From contig CAMPVF010000002.1 of NCBI GenBank assembly GCA_946997485.1, forward strand, positions 95,987 through 159,986: a stretch of 64,000 nucleotides of DNA, read 5' to 3'. The stretch comes from an uncultured Atopobium sp. (lineage in GTDB: Bacteria; Actinomycetota; Coriobacteriia; Coriobacteriales; Atopobiaceae). A model generated the notes under the pieces. That model made no database searches. It was not told the DNA's origin and saw only the letters and a program-made list of their open reading frames with translations. Below, in pieces: positions 38,414-48,736 of the stretch (its first letter is position 1; each line of letters begins with the position of its first letter). The translations under genes were made by a program, and so were the position numbers.

Positions 38414-39907
38414 GTGCCAACAAACACCTTTACTGATATTTGTCGCATTTTTGTAAAAGGCGGCGATGGCGGAGCTGGCTGTACATCATTTCGCCGTGAA
38501 GCATATGTGCCTAAAGGCGGGCCTGATGGAGGCGACGGTGGGCATGGTGCAAACATAATTTTGCGTGCAAACCCGCAGGTATCGTCCCTGGTTGCATACC
38601 GTTTTAAGCATCATTTTAAGGCTGAGCGCGGAACGCATGGCCAGGGTGCGCGTAAAGCTGGTAGCGACGGAAAAGACATGATTCTCGATGTACCGCTTGG
38701 TACTGTTGTGCGCGAAGTCGATCCAAAAACAAAAAAGCCGCTCTATGTGATTGCTGATATGTGTCATGCAGGCATGGAAGTTGTTGTTGCAAAAGGCGGC
38801 GTAGGCGGTCGCGGTAACATTCACTTTGTTACGTCGGTGCGCAGATCACCTGCATTTTCAGAAAAAGGCGAGCCTGCTCGCGAACACGAAATTGAACTTG
38901 AAATGAAGCTTCTTGCCGATGCCGCGCTTGTGGGCATGCCATCGGTTGGTAAAAGCTCTATTATTGCACGTATATCTGCTGCTCGTCCAAAAATTGCCGA
39001 TTATCCTTTTACCACGCTCACACCCAATTTAGGCATGGTACGTGCGTGTTCGGGTGCATCGTTTGTTGTTGCCGATGTGCCCGGTCTTATCGAAGGTGCA
39101 AGCTGTGGCAAAGGTCTTGGCCATCAATTTTTGCGTCATATCGAACGCTCGGCTGTTATTTTGCACGTTGTTGACATGACGGGCGGGTTTGAAAGCCGCG
39201 ATCCTGTTGTTGATTATCACACCATTAATAACGAGCTTGCCGCGTATGCGCCGATGCTTGCTGAGCGCACGCAACTTGTTATTGCAAACAAGTGCGACAT
39301 GCTAACCGATACAACGCCTATAGAGCGTTTGCGTGCAGCTGCCAAGCAAGACGGGTTTAGCTGTATCGAAATGTCTGCGCTTACAGGCATGGGCGTTGAT
39401 GCTGCTATCGAAACCATCGCGCAGGTTGTGTCGCGCCTTCGTCCCTCTATCGATGCGTATGTTTCGCAAGACTCGCTTGAAGCGGCAGAGCACGTGCGCT
39501 TCCAGCAACAACACCGCGAGCGCATTATTCACATTGCGCAAGAATCTACTGGTATTTGGCGTGTTTCTGGTGAGCTTATTGAGCGTATGGTTATTCAAAC
39601 CGATTGGGATAACGATGAAGCGCTTATGTATTTGCAGCATCGCTTCGACAGGCTTAAGCTCGAAGATCGTCTGCTTAAGGCGGGCGCACATAAGGGTGAT
39701 GAAATTCGCATTTTAGGGTATTCGTTTACGTTTGAAACTGCAGATGATCTTGAGTCGGAATTTGCCGGTGAATGTGCAGGTGATGATGAGCTTGATGCTG
39801 CGCACACTGCAGCGTTTGAGCTTGAGTGTGATGATAGTAGCAGTGATGGTGCCGATGCTCCCGCAGCTGCTGATGCAGCTGCGGCGTGCGACGATATAGA
39901 CGGGTAG
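38414..39907 (+). CDS. obg: GTPase Obg with acidic C-terminal tail
   Basis: Obg fold glycine-rich N-terminus (KGGDGGAGCTSFRRE...GGPDGGDGGHG), G-domain motifs (GMPSVGKSS, DVPGLIEGA, NKCD) and an OCT-like region. AAAGGAGA precedes the GTG at 38414. Confidence 0.9.
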   Translation: MPTNTFTDICRIFVKGGDGGAGCTSFRREAYVPKGGPDGGDGGHGANIILRANPQVSSLVAYRFKHHFKAERGTHGQGARKAGSDGKDMILDVPLGTVVREVDPKTKKPLYVIADMCHAGMEVVVAKGGVGGRGNIHFVTSVRRSPAFSEKGEPAREHEIELEMKLLADAALVGMPSVGKSSIIARISAARPKIADYPFTTLTPNLGMVRACSGASFVVADVPGLIEGASCGKGLGHQFLRHIERSAVILHVVDMTGGFESRDPVVDYHTINNELAAYAPMLAERTQLVIANKCDMLTDTTPIERLRAAAKQDGFSCIEMSALTGMGVDAAIETIAQVVSRLRPSIDAYVSQDSLEAAEHVRFQQQHRERIIHIAQESTGIWRVSGELIERMVIQTDWDNDEALMYLQHRFDRLKLEDRLLKAGAHKGDEIRILGYSFTFETADDLESEFAGECAGDDELDAAHTAAFELECDDSSSDGADAPAAADAAAACDDIDG

Positions 39908-39916
39908 GGCAGTTTT

Positions 39917-40603
39917 GTGATTTCTACCTACCGCGCACTACCACAAATTGGTGAAAACCCGCATAAACACTATCGTTTGGGCATTATGGGCGGCACCTTC
40001 GATCCTATTCATAATGGGCACTTGGTGGCAGCCGAAACGGCGTACGATGCTCTTGAACTCGACCTTGTTATTTTTATGCCTGCTGGTGTTCCTGCATTTA
40101 AGCGAAAAAAGCAGGTGAGCCCCGCCGAAGATAGGTATGCGATGACGCTGCTTGCTACGGCTGACAATCCGCATTTTGTTGCGTCGCGTTTTGAGATTGA
40201 TCGCCCGGGTGTTACGTATACCGCAGATACCCTGCATATGATGCGCGATTTTTATCCCGAAAATGTTGAACTGTTTTTTATAACGGGTGCTGATGCTATT
40301 TCTGAAATTCTTACCTGGCATAACGCCGAGTCATTGGCAAGTGAAGCCACGCTTGTTGCAGCTACGCGTCCCGGCTACGATTTAGAGCCCACGCAGCGTA
40401 AGCTTGAGCATGCTGCGTTGCATTTTGACGTGCGCTACCTTGAAGTACCTGCGCTTGCTATATCCTCGAGCTATTTGCGCTCGCGCATTGAAAAACAACA
40501 GTCGCTGCGCTATCTTACGCCCGATTCAGTAACAGGGTACATTCACAAGCACGGCTTATACGGCACGGTACTTTCTGTGTATAAACCCTTGGGTTCGCTC
40601 TAG
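39917..40603 (+). CDS. nadD: nicotinate-nucleotide adenylyltransferase
   Basis: GIMGGTFDPIHNGHL nucleotidyltransferase motif. Confidence 0.85.
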   Translation: MISTYRALPQIGENPHKHYRLGIMGGTFDPIHNGHLVAAETAYDALELDLVIFMPAGVPAFKRKKQVSPAEDRYAMTLLATADNPHFVASRFEIDRPGVTYTADTLHMMRDFYPENVELFFITGADAISEILTWHNAESLASEATLVAATRPGYDLEPTQRKLEHAALHFDVRYLEVPALAISSSYLRSRIEKQQSLRYLTPDSVTGYIHKHGLYGTVLSVYKPLGSL

Positions 40604-41101
40604 CAGGCTGTGTTTACCTGCCGCGCGTGCGTTTGTGCAGGTAGCATGGTTATCTTTCCATACATATTTTAATCCTATGATATTTCTATCATAAGCATGT
40701 AAATTCTTGTGTTACATCAAACGAAATTGTGCGCATGGTGGTACTATGGTACGCGTGCGATGAGAAGGACGCGTCGCTTAACGATGCACGTTACAGAGAG
40801 CAACAGATGCTGAGATGTTGTACGAGAGCTGTTAAGCGATATCACCTTTGAGCAGTAGCCCGAACATACCTGCATCTTGCATATGCCGCGCCTGGCTTTG
40901 TGTTTTTCGCGTCTGTGCATACGAGCATGTACCAGTAGGCACTACCGTCCGATCGACGAAACCGATCAACCGAGTAAAGCGAACGTGGAGTTTTCGCTCG
41001 CTGGGTATATATCGAAGCTGCGCACCTTGTGCTTACAACGCTTCGTCCCAGCTAGGAGACGGGCGTTATTTCAACGCCCTGTGCAAACAGAAAGGGTAGC
41101 G
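40604..41101 (+). promoter_or_regulatory. long (~500 nt) untranslated leader upstream of ileS; candidate T-box/attenuator region (unverified)
   Basis: No credible CDS here. It contains a GGTGGTAC core (around 40741) reminiscent of the T-box AGGGUGGNACCGCG motif, and a 7-bp GC hairpin GGGCGTT...AACGCCC just before the RBS. The region was not resolvable by eye. Confidence 0.25.
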
Positions 41102-43909
41102 ATGGCACAAGAATTCAAGCAATCAATGAACTTGCCAAAAACCTCATTTTCAATGCGCGCTGGACTCGCACAACACGAGCCCGAGCGTCTGAGTGTTTGG
41201 GAACAAAACAACGTGTATGAGCTGCTGCTCAAAAAGAACGAGGGCAACAAAAAGTTTGTTCTGCACGATGGCCCTCCCTATGCCAATGGTCCCATTCACT
41301 TGGGTCATGCCATGAACAAAATTTCAAAGGACATTATCAACCGCTATTGGTCGATGCGCGGCTATCAAACACCCTTTGTGCCCGGTTGGGACTGCCATGG
41401 TCAGCCCATTGAGCACAAGGTTGAAACCATGCTTGGCACCGAAAAATTTAACGCGCTGCCCGTGGCAAAAATCCGCGAGCTCTGCCGTAAAATGGCTGTT
41501 GAGCAGGTAGATACCCAGCGTCAAGGTTTTAAGCGCTTGGGCGTGTTGGGTGAGTGGGAAAATCCCTATCTTACGTATGTTCACGACTATGACGCCTGCG
41601 ATATCGAAATCTTTAAAGCGCTGTTCGACAACGGTAGTGTGTATCTCGGCCGCAAGCCCGTGCACTGGTGCATGTACTGCCACACGGCGCTTTCCGAAGC
41701 TGAAATTGAGTACTCCGACGAAGTTTCGCCTGCTATTTATGTGCGTTTTGAGCTTTCGAGCACGCCTTCTGGGCTTGAAGATTTTAGCGGGAACATTTAC
41801 GTTGACATCTGGACAACGACGCCCTGGACGCTTCCTGCCGACATGTGTGTTATCTTGCAACCTGAGGCCACGTATGTAGCTGTTAAGCACAACGGCCAGC
41901 TCGAAATTATGGCCGAAGCCCTCTATCAGCACTGTTGTGAAAAATTTGGCTACGGCGAAGTTGAGCTCTACCATGTGCCTTCAGGTGAGCTGTGGCAAAA
42001 AACGGGTAAGGAGCTGGTGCATAACACCTACAAATTGCCTATTTTTGATACCGCAGAAAAGCAAGGCGAGTTCATTTATGCCGACTACGTTACGCTTGAC
42101 GACGGTACGGGTGTTGTTCACTGCGCACCTGGTCATGGTGTCGACGACTATATTGCCGGCTGTAAATTTAACATTGATGTTGTTATGCCTGTTGACGACA
42201 ACGGTTGTTTTTACGAAGGTGAGGGCATCGGTACAGGTGGTATGTTCTCTAAAATGAATGTAAACGACGCAAACCCCAAGGTAATCGATCTTTTGCGCGA
42301 GCGTGGCACCCTCATTTTGCACGAGGACATCAACCACTCATATCCGCACTGCTGGCGCTGTAAAAAACCTGTTATTTTTAGAGCAACCAGCCAATGGTTT
42401 GTATCTATGGACAAAACGCAGCTTCGCAAACAAGCAGCTACCTGCCTTGATTCGGTGGCGTTTTACCCCAATCACGCCCGCAAACGTATAGGGTCGATGG
42501 TTGAAGGTCGTCCCGACTGGTGCATTTCTCGTCAGCGTAACTGGGGTGTTCCAATTCCTGCATTTACTTGCGACGATTGCGGCGAGCTTGTTATGAATGA
42601 CGATACGCTCGATTGTGTTATCGCGCTATTCAAGCAAAAGGGCTCTGATGCATGGTTTACCGATAAGCCCAGCGATTATCTTGGAGATGCTTGCGTGTGT
42701 CCTGCGTGCGGCTCGCACAATTTGAGCGCCACTACCGACATTCTCGACGTGTGGTGGGATTCTGGTGTAAGCCACACCGCCGTTTGTAAGCATCGCAAAA
42801 ACCTGCATTTTCCTGCGGATATGTATCTTGAAGGTTCCGATCAGCACCGCGGCTGGTTTATGAGCTCGCTTATGACGAGTGTTGGTGCATACGGCGTTGC
42901 TCCTTATAAAGCCGTTGTTTCGCAGGGCTTTACCCTCGATGGCCAGGGCAGAAAAATGTCGAAGAGTCTCGGCAATGTTATCGATCCAAATAAGGTGTGT
43001 GCAACGCAAGGTGCCGACATCATTCGTTTGTGGGTGGCATCGGTTGATACCTCGGTCGATGTGGCGTGTGACGATGATATTCTGTCGCACGTTGGCAACG
43101 CATACCGTCACTTTAGAAATACCATTCGTTTCTTGCTTGGCGAGCTCGAAGATCAGTTCTCGTTTGAGCGTGATGGTATAAGCCCCGATGCGCTTGAAGA
43201 TTTAGACAAGCTTATGCTTGCGCGTATGTGCACCGTTCATAACGAAGTTACGCGCGCGTACGAAAATTACAAGTTTAACCAGGTATATCGCCTGCTATAC
43301 GACTTTGTGGTTGTTGAACTTTCACAAGGCTACCTTAACGCTACAAAAGACCGCATGTATTGCGGCAAAGCAACCGGTCATGCACGCAAGAGTGCACAAA
43401 CTACCTGGGCATATTTGCTAAGCATGCTCGTACGCGACTTGCAACCAATTTTGGTGTTTACCTGCGACGAAGCTATGAGCCACATGCCAGCATCGCTGCG
43501 CGACGATCAGCAATTTGCTGCGTTGTTGTCGTGGTTTGAGCTGCCGGTGGGTGCTGAGTTTATCGCACATAACGAAGAGGCCTACACCAACGCCGTAACG
43601 CTCCGCAGCGCCTACACGAAAGCCTACGAAGCTGCACGTACACAGGGTGATATTGCTGAAAATTCAACGCAGGCAACACGCTGTGTTGTAAAAGCACCTG
43701 CGTTGGTGATAGACAACCTGCAATCGTATTCCGCGCTCGATTTAGCGGAGCTTTTCGTGTGTTCTGAAGTTACGCTTGAGCCCGCAGATGCCGTATCGTG
43801 CGAGGTATATCCTGCGCGCGGTACTAAATGCGTGCGCTGTTGGAACTATCGTAGCTGCAACGACGAGGGCTTATGTGAGCGCTGCGCAGATGTGATGGCT
43901 TCGCTCTAA
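41102..43909 (+). CDS. ileS: isoleucyl-tRNA synthetase
   Basis: PYANGPIHLGH (HIGH), GWDCHGQPIE, KMSKS (RKMSKSLGN) and a C-terminal zinc finger CVRCWNYRSC...CERC. The ORF track's upstream in-frame extension (40877) was rejected in favour of the ATG at 41102 (MAQEFKQSMNLPKTSF). Confidence 0.9.
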   Translation: MAQEFKQSMNLPKTSFSMRAGLAQHEPERLSVWEQNNVYELLLKKNEGNKKFVLHDGPPYANGPIHLGHAMNKISKDIINRYWSMRGYQTPFVPGWDCHGQPIEHKVETMLGTEKFNALPVAKIRELCRKMAVEQVDTQRQGFKRLGVLGEWENPYLTYVHDYDACDIEIFKALFDNGSVYLGRKPVHWCMYCHTALSEAEIEYSDEVSPAIYVRFELSSTPSGLEDFSGNIYVDIWTTTPWTLPADMCVILQPEATYVAVKHNGQLEIMAEALYQHCCEKFGYGEVELYHVPSGELWQKTGKELVHNTYKLPIFDTAEKQGEFIYADYVTLDDGTGVVHCAPGHGVDDYIAGCKFNIDVVMPVDDNGCFYEGEGIGTGGMFSKMNVNDANPKVIDLLRERGTLILHEDINHSYPHCWRCKKPVIFRATSQWFVSMDKTQLRKQAATCLDSVAFYPNHARKRIGSMVEGRPDWCISRQRNWGVPIPAFTCDDCGELVMNDDTLDCVIALFKQKGSDAWFTDKPSDYLGDACVCPACGSHNLSATTDILDVWWDSGVSHTAVCKHRKNLHFPADMYLEGSDQHRGWFMSSLMTSVGAYGVAPYKAVVSQGFTLDGQGRKMSKSLGNVIDPNKVCATQGADIIRLWVASVDTSVDVACDDDILSHVGNAYRHFRNTIRFLLGELEDQFSFERDGISPDALEDLDKLMLARMCTVHNEVTRAYENYKFNQVYRLLYDFVVVELSQGYLNATKDRMYCGKATGHARKSAQTTWAYLLSMLVRDLQPILVFTCDEAMSHMPASLRDDQQFAALLSWFELPVGAEFIAHNEEAYTNAVTLRSAYTKAYEAARTQGDIAENSTQATRCVVKAPALVIDNLQSYSALDLAELFVCSEVTLEPADAVSCEVYPARGTKCVRCWNYRSCNDEGLCERCADVMASL

Positions 43910-44040
43910 CATACATTGCTAGCACACGCTTAGCCGTCTGCGCCCGCGCGCCTGCTAAACGTGTGCGCTTTGCTTTACCGCGTGCACTGAGTCTGCGCGC
44001 GTCCAACCAGAACCATTCAACCAAACGAAGGCGAGGGGAT

Positions 44041-44589
44041 ATGAACAACACTGGCACGATGTGCAACCACCACCAACAGCGCTGTCTCAAACTTTGGCTA
44101 AGCGCGCTTATCTGTTGTGTGCTTGTTGCATTCGACCAGCTGGTAAAATGGCATATCCGCTCGTCTTTTGCGGTAGGCGAGGTGCAGCCTGGCATTGCGG
44201 GCGTGTTTGAATTTTGCTACGTGCAAAACAGAGGCGCTGCGTTTGGTGCGGCTCAAGGTGCTCAGGTTATCTTTTGTATCTTTGCTGTCGTCATTGTGGG
44301 TTTTTGTATCCGCGTGCTTGTGCGCTCTTCGCGGCTTGCGCTCCTTGAACATGCATGCATACTTGCTATTTGCGCAGGTGCCCTTGGCAATGCTATCGAT
44401 AGGGTAGCGCTTGGCTATGTTGTCGATTTTATCAACCTGAGGTTTATGACGTTTCCTGTGTTCAATCTTGCCGATATCTACATTACCTGCGCTGCTCTTG
44501 TTGTTATGGTGATGCTCCTTGTGTGCCCTTCGCGCGTATATGCGCTTATTTCTTGTGGCAGCCGTACTTCAACCAATTCGAAAGAATAG
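44041..44589 (+). CDS. lspA: lipoprotein signal peptidase (signal peptidase II)
   Basis: Conserved SPase II motifs (NRGAAFG, NAIDR, FNLADIYI). Its position after ileS is the conserved one. Confidence 0.8.
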   Translation: MNNTGTMCNHHQQRCLKLWLSALICCVLVAFDQLVKWHIRSSFAVGEVQPGIAGVFEFCYVQNRGAAFGAAQGAQVIFCIFAVVIVGFCIRVLVRSSRLALLEHACILAICAGALGNAIDRVALGYVVDFINLRFMTFPVFNLADIYITCAALVVMVMLLVCPSRVYALISCGSRTSTNSKE

Positions 44590-45612
44590 GTGCGTATGAG
44601 TCAAGAGAGGCAAACATTCCTTGTATCACCACAATTCGACAATATGCGCCTTGATAGCTTTTTAGCTGCGCAAAAGGACATGCCCGCGCGTTCTGCGTGC
44701 GCAAAGTATATTGAGCGCGGCTGTGTTGAAATTAATAACACCGAAGCACTTTCAAAAGCAGAGCATGTGCGCCTGGGCGATCGCGTGTCAATTGTTATCG
44801 AAACGCAGCAAAAACCTACCGTTATCATGCCAAATCCGCAAATTCCGCTTGACGTGCGCTATGAGGATGAGTATCTGCTTGTTATCTCAAAACAAAAAGG
44901 GCTTGTGTGCCATCCTTCAAGCGGTCATATTGACGATACGCTTGCAAATGCGCTGGTAGCACACTGTGGGTTTGACCATTTGGGCAAATTGCAGGGCGAC
45001 GATCGTCCCGGCATTGTGCACCGGCTTGATATGGATACCACGGGGCTTATGGTTGCTGCAAAAGACAACGAAACACAAGAGCAGCTTCAAGATCTCATTC
45101 GCTTGCGCGATTTTGACCGGCGCTATCTTGCGCTTGTACAAGGATATGTTTCGCCTGATGAAGGCACGATAACTACCGGTATTGCGCGCTCAAAGAAAAA
45201 CCGTCTTAAAATGTGCGTTTCAAAAGACCCGCTTTCGCGCCAGGCAATTACCACGTTTAAAACGCTCGATCGCTTTGAGGCATCTGCGCACGATGACGGC
45301 TATTCACTGTTGGAATGTCACTTGTATACTGGCCGTACGCATCAAATTCGTGTGCATATGCGCTATACCGGGCATTGTTTGGTGGGCGATCCGCTATATG
45401 GCAAGGCGGGCGAGCGCATTAACCTGCACCTTAAGCGGCAATTCTTGCACTCCTGGCATATTAATTTCGATCACCCAATTACCCATGAGCACATCGAACT
45501 TTTTGATACGCTTCCTTCTGATTTATATACGGCGCTCACTAATTTGCGCCCGCGATCTATGGGCGAAACCTCATGGGGTGCTATACTATACAACAAACTA
45601 AACATACAGTAG
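44590..45612 (+). CDS. rluD: RluA-family 23S rRNA pseudouridine synthase (RluD-like) with S4 domain
   Basis: An N-terminal S4 domain and the HRLDMDTTGLMVAAK catalytic motif. Its position after lspA is the conserved one. Confidence 0.8.
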   Translation: MRMSQERQTFLVSPQFDNMRLDSFLAAQKDMPARSACAKYIERGCVEINNTEALSKAEHVRLGDRVSIVIETQQKPTVIMPNPQIPLDVRYEDEYLLVISKQKGLVCHPSSGHIDDTLANALVAHCGFDHLGKLQGDDRPGIVHRLDMDTTGLMVAAKDNETQEQLQDLIRLRDFDRRYLALVQGYVSPDEGTITTGIARSKKNRLKMCVSKDPLSRQAITTFKTLDRFEASAHDDGYSLLECHLYTGRTHQIRVHMRYTGHCLVGDPLYGKAGERINLHLKRQFLHSWHINFDHPITHEHIELFDTLPSDLYTALTNLRPRSMGETSWGAILYNKLNIQ

Positions 45613-45680
45613 TTAAAGACGCACGTGAGCACTATCGTTGCTGGTAGTACACGTTACTCGCCAATTGTAGAGGTGAATGC

Positions 45681-46970
45681 ATGAATCTATACGTCATGGG
45701 CATTACGCCCATTGTCATATTCAACGGTTTGGTATGGGTGTTTTTTACATTTGCCTATTTCTATCAAATTGTTTACCTGCTGCGTGTGATGTCGCGTGGC
45801 GACGTTGTGCTGCCCAAAGCAAAAAAGAACCATCGGTATGCATTTGTTATTCCCGCGCATAACGAGGAGTCGGTTATTGGCAATTTGGTGCACTCCATTC
45901 TTACCCAAGAATACGACGGCGTTATCGATTGTTTTGTTGTTGCCGATGCATGCACCGACGCTACCTTTGAGCGCGCGCAGCAGGCAGGCGCCATTACCTG
46001 GCAGCGCAACGACCTTGTGCGCAAAGGTAAAAGCTGGGTTCTCGATTATGCATTCAACCGTATCTTAAATGAGTACGAAGACAAGTACGATGCGTTTTTC
46101 ATTATGGATGCTGACAATATTTTGTCGCCCACCTATGTAAGCGTTATGAACCAGGCTTTTGATGCTGGCTATCTTGTATGTACAAGTTATCGTAATTCTA
46201 AAAACTTCGATTCAAGCTGGATTAGCTCAGCATATGCTCTGTGGTTTTTGCGCGAGGCAAAGTTTCTCAATAACGCACGCATGATGCTCGGCACCAGTTG
46301 CGCCATTTCAGGGAGCGGCTGGATGGTTGCTGTGCCCATCATTCGTGGTATGCACGGTTGGCGCTTTCATTCCCTTACCGAAGACATTCAGTTTTCAACC
46401 TTTTGCTGTGCGCACGACATTCAAATTGGGTATGCACCGGCTGAGTTTTTTGACGAGCAGCCCGTTACGTTTAAGGCGTCGTGGACGCAGCGTATGCGCT
46501 GGACAAAAGGCTTTTACCAGGTGTTTTTCTCATACGTAAAAAATCTGTTACGCTCCATTGGTCATCGCCGTTTTGCTGCATACGACATGCTCATGACAGT
46601 TGCTCCGGGCATGATTTTAACGCTGCTTTCATTTTTCATTAACTTTGGTTACCTTATTGTTGGCTACGTATCGCACGGCTTTATTGCTACATCTGCCGAG
46701 CTTGCCATGTGTATTGCGTCGTTGGTAATAACGTTTTTATCGATGTATGTAACCTTCTTTATTCTTGGCGTTATCACCACACTAAGCGAGCGCAAGCACA
46801 TTCACGCAAAAAAGCAGTGGCGCATTATTTCAAACCTCTTTACCTTCCCGTTGTTTATGATGACCTACATTCCTATTACCGTTGCAGCGCTGTTCAAAAA
46901 GGTTGAATGGGTGCCAACAAAGCATGACATTGCGGTTGATTTTGACGATGTTATGAGTAGTAACTCGTAA
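45681..46970 (+). CDS. membrane-embedded family 2 glycosyltransferase (processive type, DxD + QxxRW)
   Basis: N-terminal TMs, a GT-A domain (FVIPAHNEE, MDADN), QRMRW, and four C-terminal TMs. Confidence 0.7.
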   Translation: MNLYVMGITPIVIFNGLVWVFFTFAYFYQIVYLLRVMSRGDVVLPKAKKNHRYAFVIPAHNEESVIGNLVHSILTQEYDGVIDCFVVADACTDATFERAQQAGAITWQRNDLVRKGKSWVLDYAFNRILNEYEDKYDAFFIMDADNILSPTYVSVMNQAFDAGYLVCTSYRNSKNFDSSWISSAYALWFLREAKFLNNARMMLGTSCAISGSGWMVAVPIIRGMHGWRFHSLTEDIQFSTFCCAHDIQIGYAPAEFFDEQPVTFKASWTQRMRWTKGFYQVFFSYVKNLLRSIGHRRFAAYDMLMTVAPGMILTLLSFFINFGYLIVGYVSHGFIATSAELAMCIASLVITFLSMYVTFFILGVITTLSERKHIHAKKQWRIISNLFTFPLFMMTYIPITVAALFKKVEWVPTKHDIAVDFDDVMSSNS

Positions 46971-47136
46971 GCGAAATGTGTTTTATGAGTTTGATATAAG
47001 GTGTTACAATCGATATACACGGGGGCGTCTGTATGCGTCGCACATTGTACATTCTTCGGCATCGCAGCGTTTAGCTGCATTGCCGTGTGCATTACGGTAG
47101 CCGTACTACATGACATGCGAGAAAAGGAGATAAGGC

Positions 47137-48651
47137 ATGGCAATGTTTTTTAAGGAAGAGTCACACACATTTTCTGAATACTTACTTGTGCCAGGGTATT
47201 CTTCTCACGTTAACATTCCTGCCAACGTTTCGCTTGAAGCGCCGCTTGTTCGCTACAAAAAAGGTGAGCAATCGGCAATTTCCATGCATATCCCCCTGGT
47301 TTCATCCATTATGCAAGCTGTTTCTGGTACCCGTCTTGCCATTGCCTTAGCGCAGCAGGGCGGTATTTCGTTTATTTACGGCTCACAAGCGCCCGAAAGT
47401 GAAGCACAAATGGTGCGCGAAGTAAAAAGCTACAAGGCTGGCTTTGTGGTTTCCGACTCCACGCTTACGCCTGATATGTGCCTTGCCGACGTGCTCGAAC
47501 TTAAGGAGCGCACCGGTCATACCACCATGCCTGTTACCGAAAATGGCCTGCCACAAGGGCGTTTTTGCGGTATTGTAACTTCGCGCGATTATCGCGTTTC
47601 TCGCGATGATCCAAATAAACCAGTGCGTGAGTTTATGACGCCCGCAAACGAATGTGTTACCGCAACGCCCGATACCTCGCTTAAAGAGTGCAACGACATC
47701 ATTTGGGAAAAGAAAATCAACGCACTTCCTATTGTTGATGCCGCGGGCAATTTGTCGTCGCTCGTTTTTCGTAAAGACTACGACCAGCACAAATCCCGTC
47801 CCGATGAGCTTCTCGACGAGCATAAGCGCTACGTTGTTGGCGCAGGTATTAACACACGCGATTATGCCGAGCGTGTGCCACTGCTCATCGAAGCTGGTGC
47901 CGATGTGTTGTGTATCGACTCATCTGAAGGCTATAGTGAATGGCAAAAACTTACCATCGACTGGATTCGTAAAAACTACGGTGAGTCGGTTAAAGTTGGC
48001 GCTGGTAACGTTGTTGATGGAGAGGGCTTCCGCTATCTTGCAAACTGTGGTGCCGACTTCGTGAAAGTGGGCATTGGCGGCGGTTCAATTTGTATTACGC
48101 GTGAGCAAAAAGGTATTGGTCGTGGTCAGGCGTCTGCTCTTATCGACGTGTGCCGTGCTCGTGATGAATACTATAAAGAAACAGGCATTTACGTGCCCGT
48201 TTGCTCCGATGGTGGTATTGTATACGATTACCATATGACGCTTGCACTTGCCATGGGTGCCGACTTCCTTATGCTCGGCCGCTACTTTGCGCGCTTTGAT
48301 GAATCGCCAACTCGTCGTCTTAATGTTAACGGCTCTTACGTAAAAGAGTACTGGGGCGAAGGCTCTGCACGTGCACGCAACTGGGCGCGCTACGACTTGG
48401 GCGGATCTAAAAAATCGCTCTCGTTTGTTGAAGGCGTCGACTCATATGTGCCGTATGCTGGTCCTTTGAAAGATAACGTAGAAAATTCACTTACCAAAGT
48501 TCGCTCCACGATGTGCAACTGCGGTGCGCTTACCTTGCAAGAGCTGCGCGAAAAGGCGCGTATCACGCTCGTGAGCTCAACATCGCTAGTTGAAGGCGGC
48601 GCTCACGACGTTATCCTTAAAGATTCATCCACCGATATCAACTTTAGATAA
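47137..48651 (+). CDS. guaB: IMP dehydrogenase family protein (with CBS pair)
   Basis: A TIM barrel with [12 protein letters not shown], tandem CBS domains and an AAGGAGA RBS. Confidence 0.8.
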   Translation: MAMFFKEESHTFSEYLLVPGYSSHVNIPANVSLEAPLVRYKKGEQSAISMHIPLVSSIMQAVSGTRLAIALAQQGGISFIYGSQAPESEAQMVREVKSYKAGFVVSDSTLTPDMCLADVLELKERTGHTTMPVTENGLPQGRFCGIVTSRDYRVSRDDPNKPVREFMTPANECVTATPDTSLKECNDIIWEKKINALPIVDAAGNLSSLVFRKDYDQHKSRPDELLDEHKRYVVGAGINTRDYAERVPLLIEAGADVLCIDSSEGYSEWQKLTIDWIRKNYGESVKVGAGNVVDGEGFRYLANCGADFVKVGIGGGSICITREQKGIGRGQASALIDVCRARDEYYKETGIYVPVCSDGGIVYDYHMTLALAMGADFLMLGRYFARFDESPTRRLNVNGSYVKEYWGEGSARARNWARYDLGGSKKSLSFVEGVDSYVPYAGPLKDNVENSLTKVRSTMCNCGALTLQELREKARITLVSSTSLVEGGAHDVILKDSSTDINFR

Positions 48652-48736
48652 CACACACAAACGGTAAGCTGCAAGCATCACTATGTGGTGAGTACACAGC
48701 AGGTACCACACCTAACACAGCACGTAAGGGGAAGTC

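Noticed and set aside
40730-40770. ATGGTGGTACTATGGTACGCG as a Trp-codon leader like the one at 34737
   Set aside because: Translation from this ATG gives MVVLWYACDEKD... with a single Trp and no downstream terminator. It is more likely part of an RNA structural element of the ileS leader.
40848-41101. In-frame N-terminal extension of ileS (ORF track start 40877) and the 83-aa ORF at 40848
   Set aside because: The IleS N-terminus aligns from MAQEFKQSMNLPKTSF at 41102, which has an AAAGGGTAG RBS. The upstream extension has no similarity to IleS.
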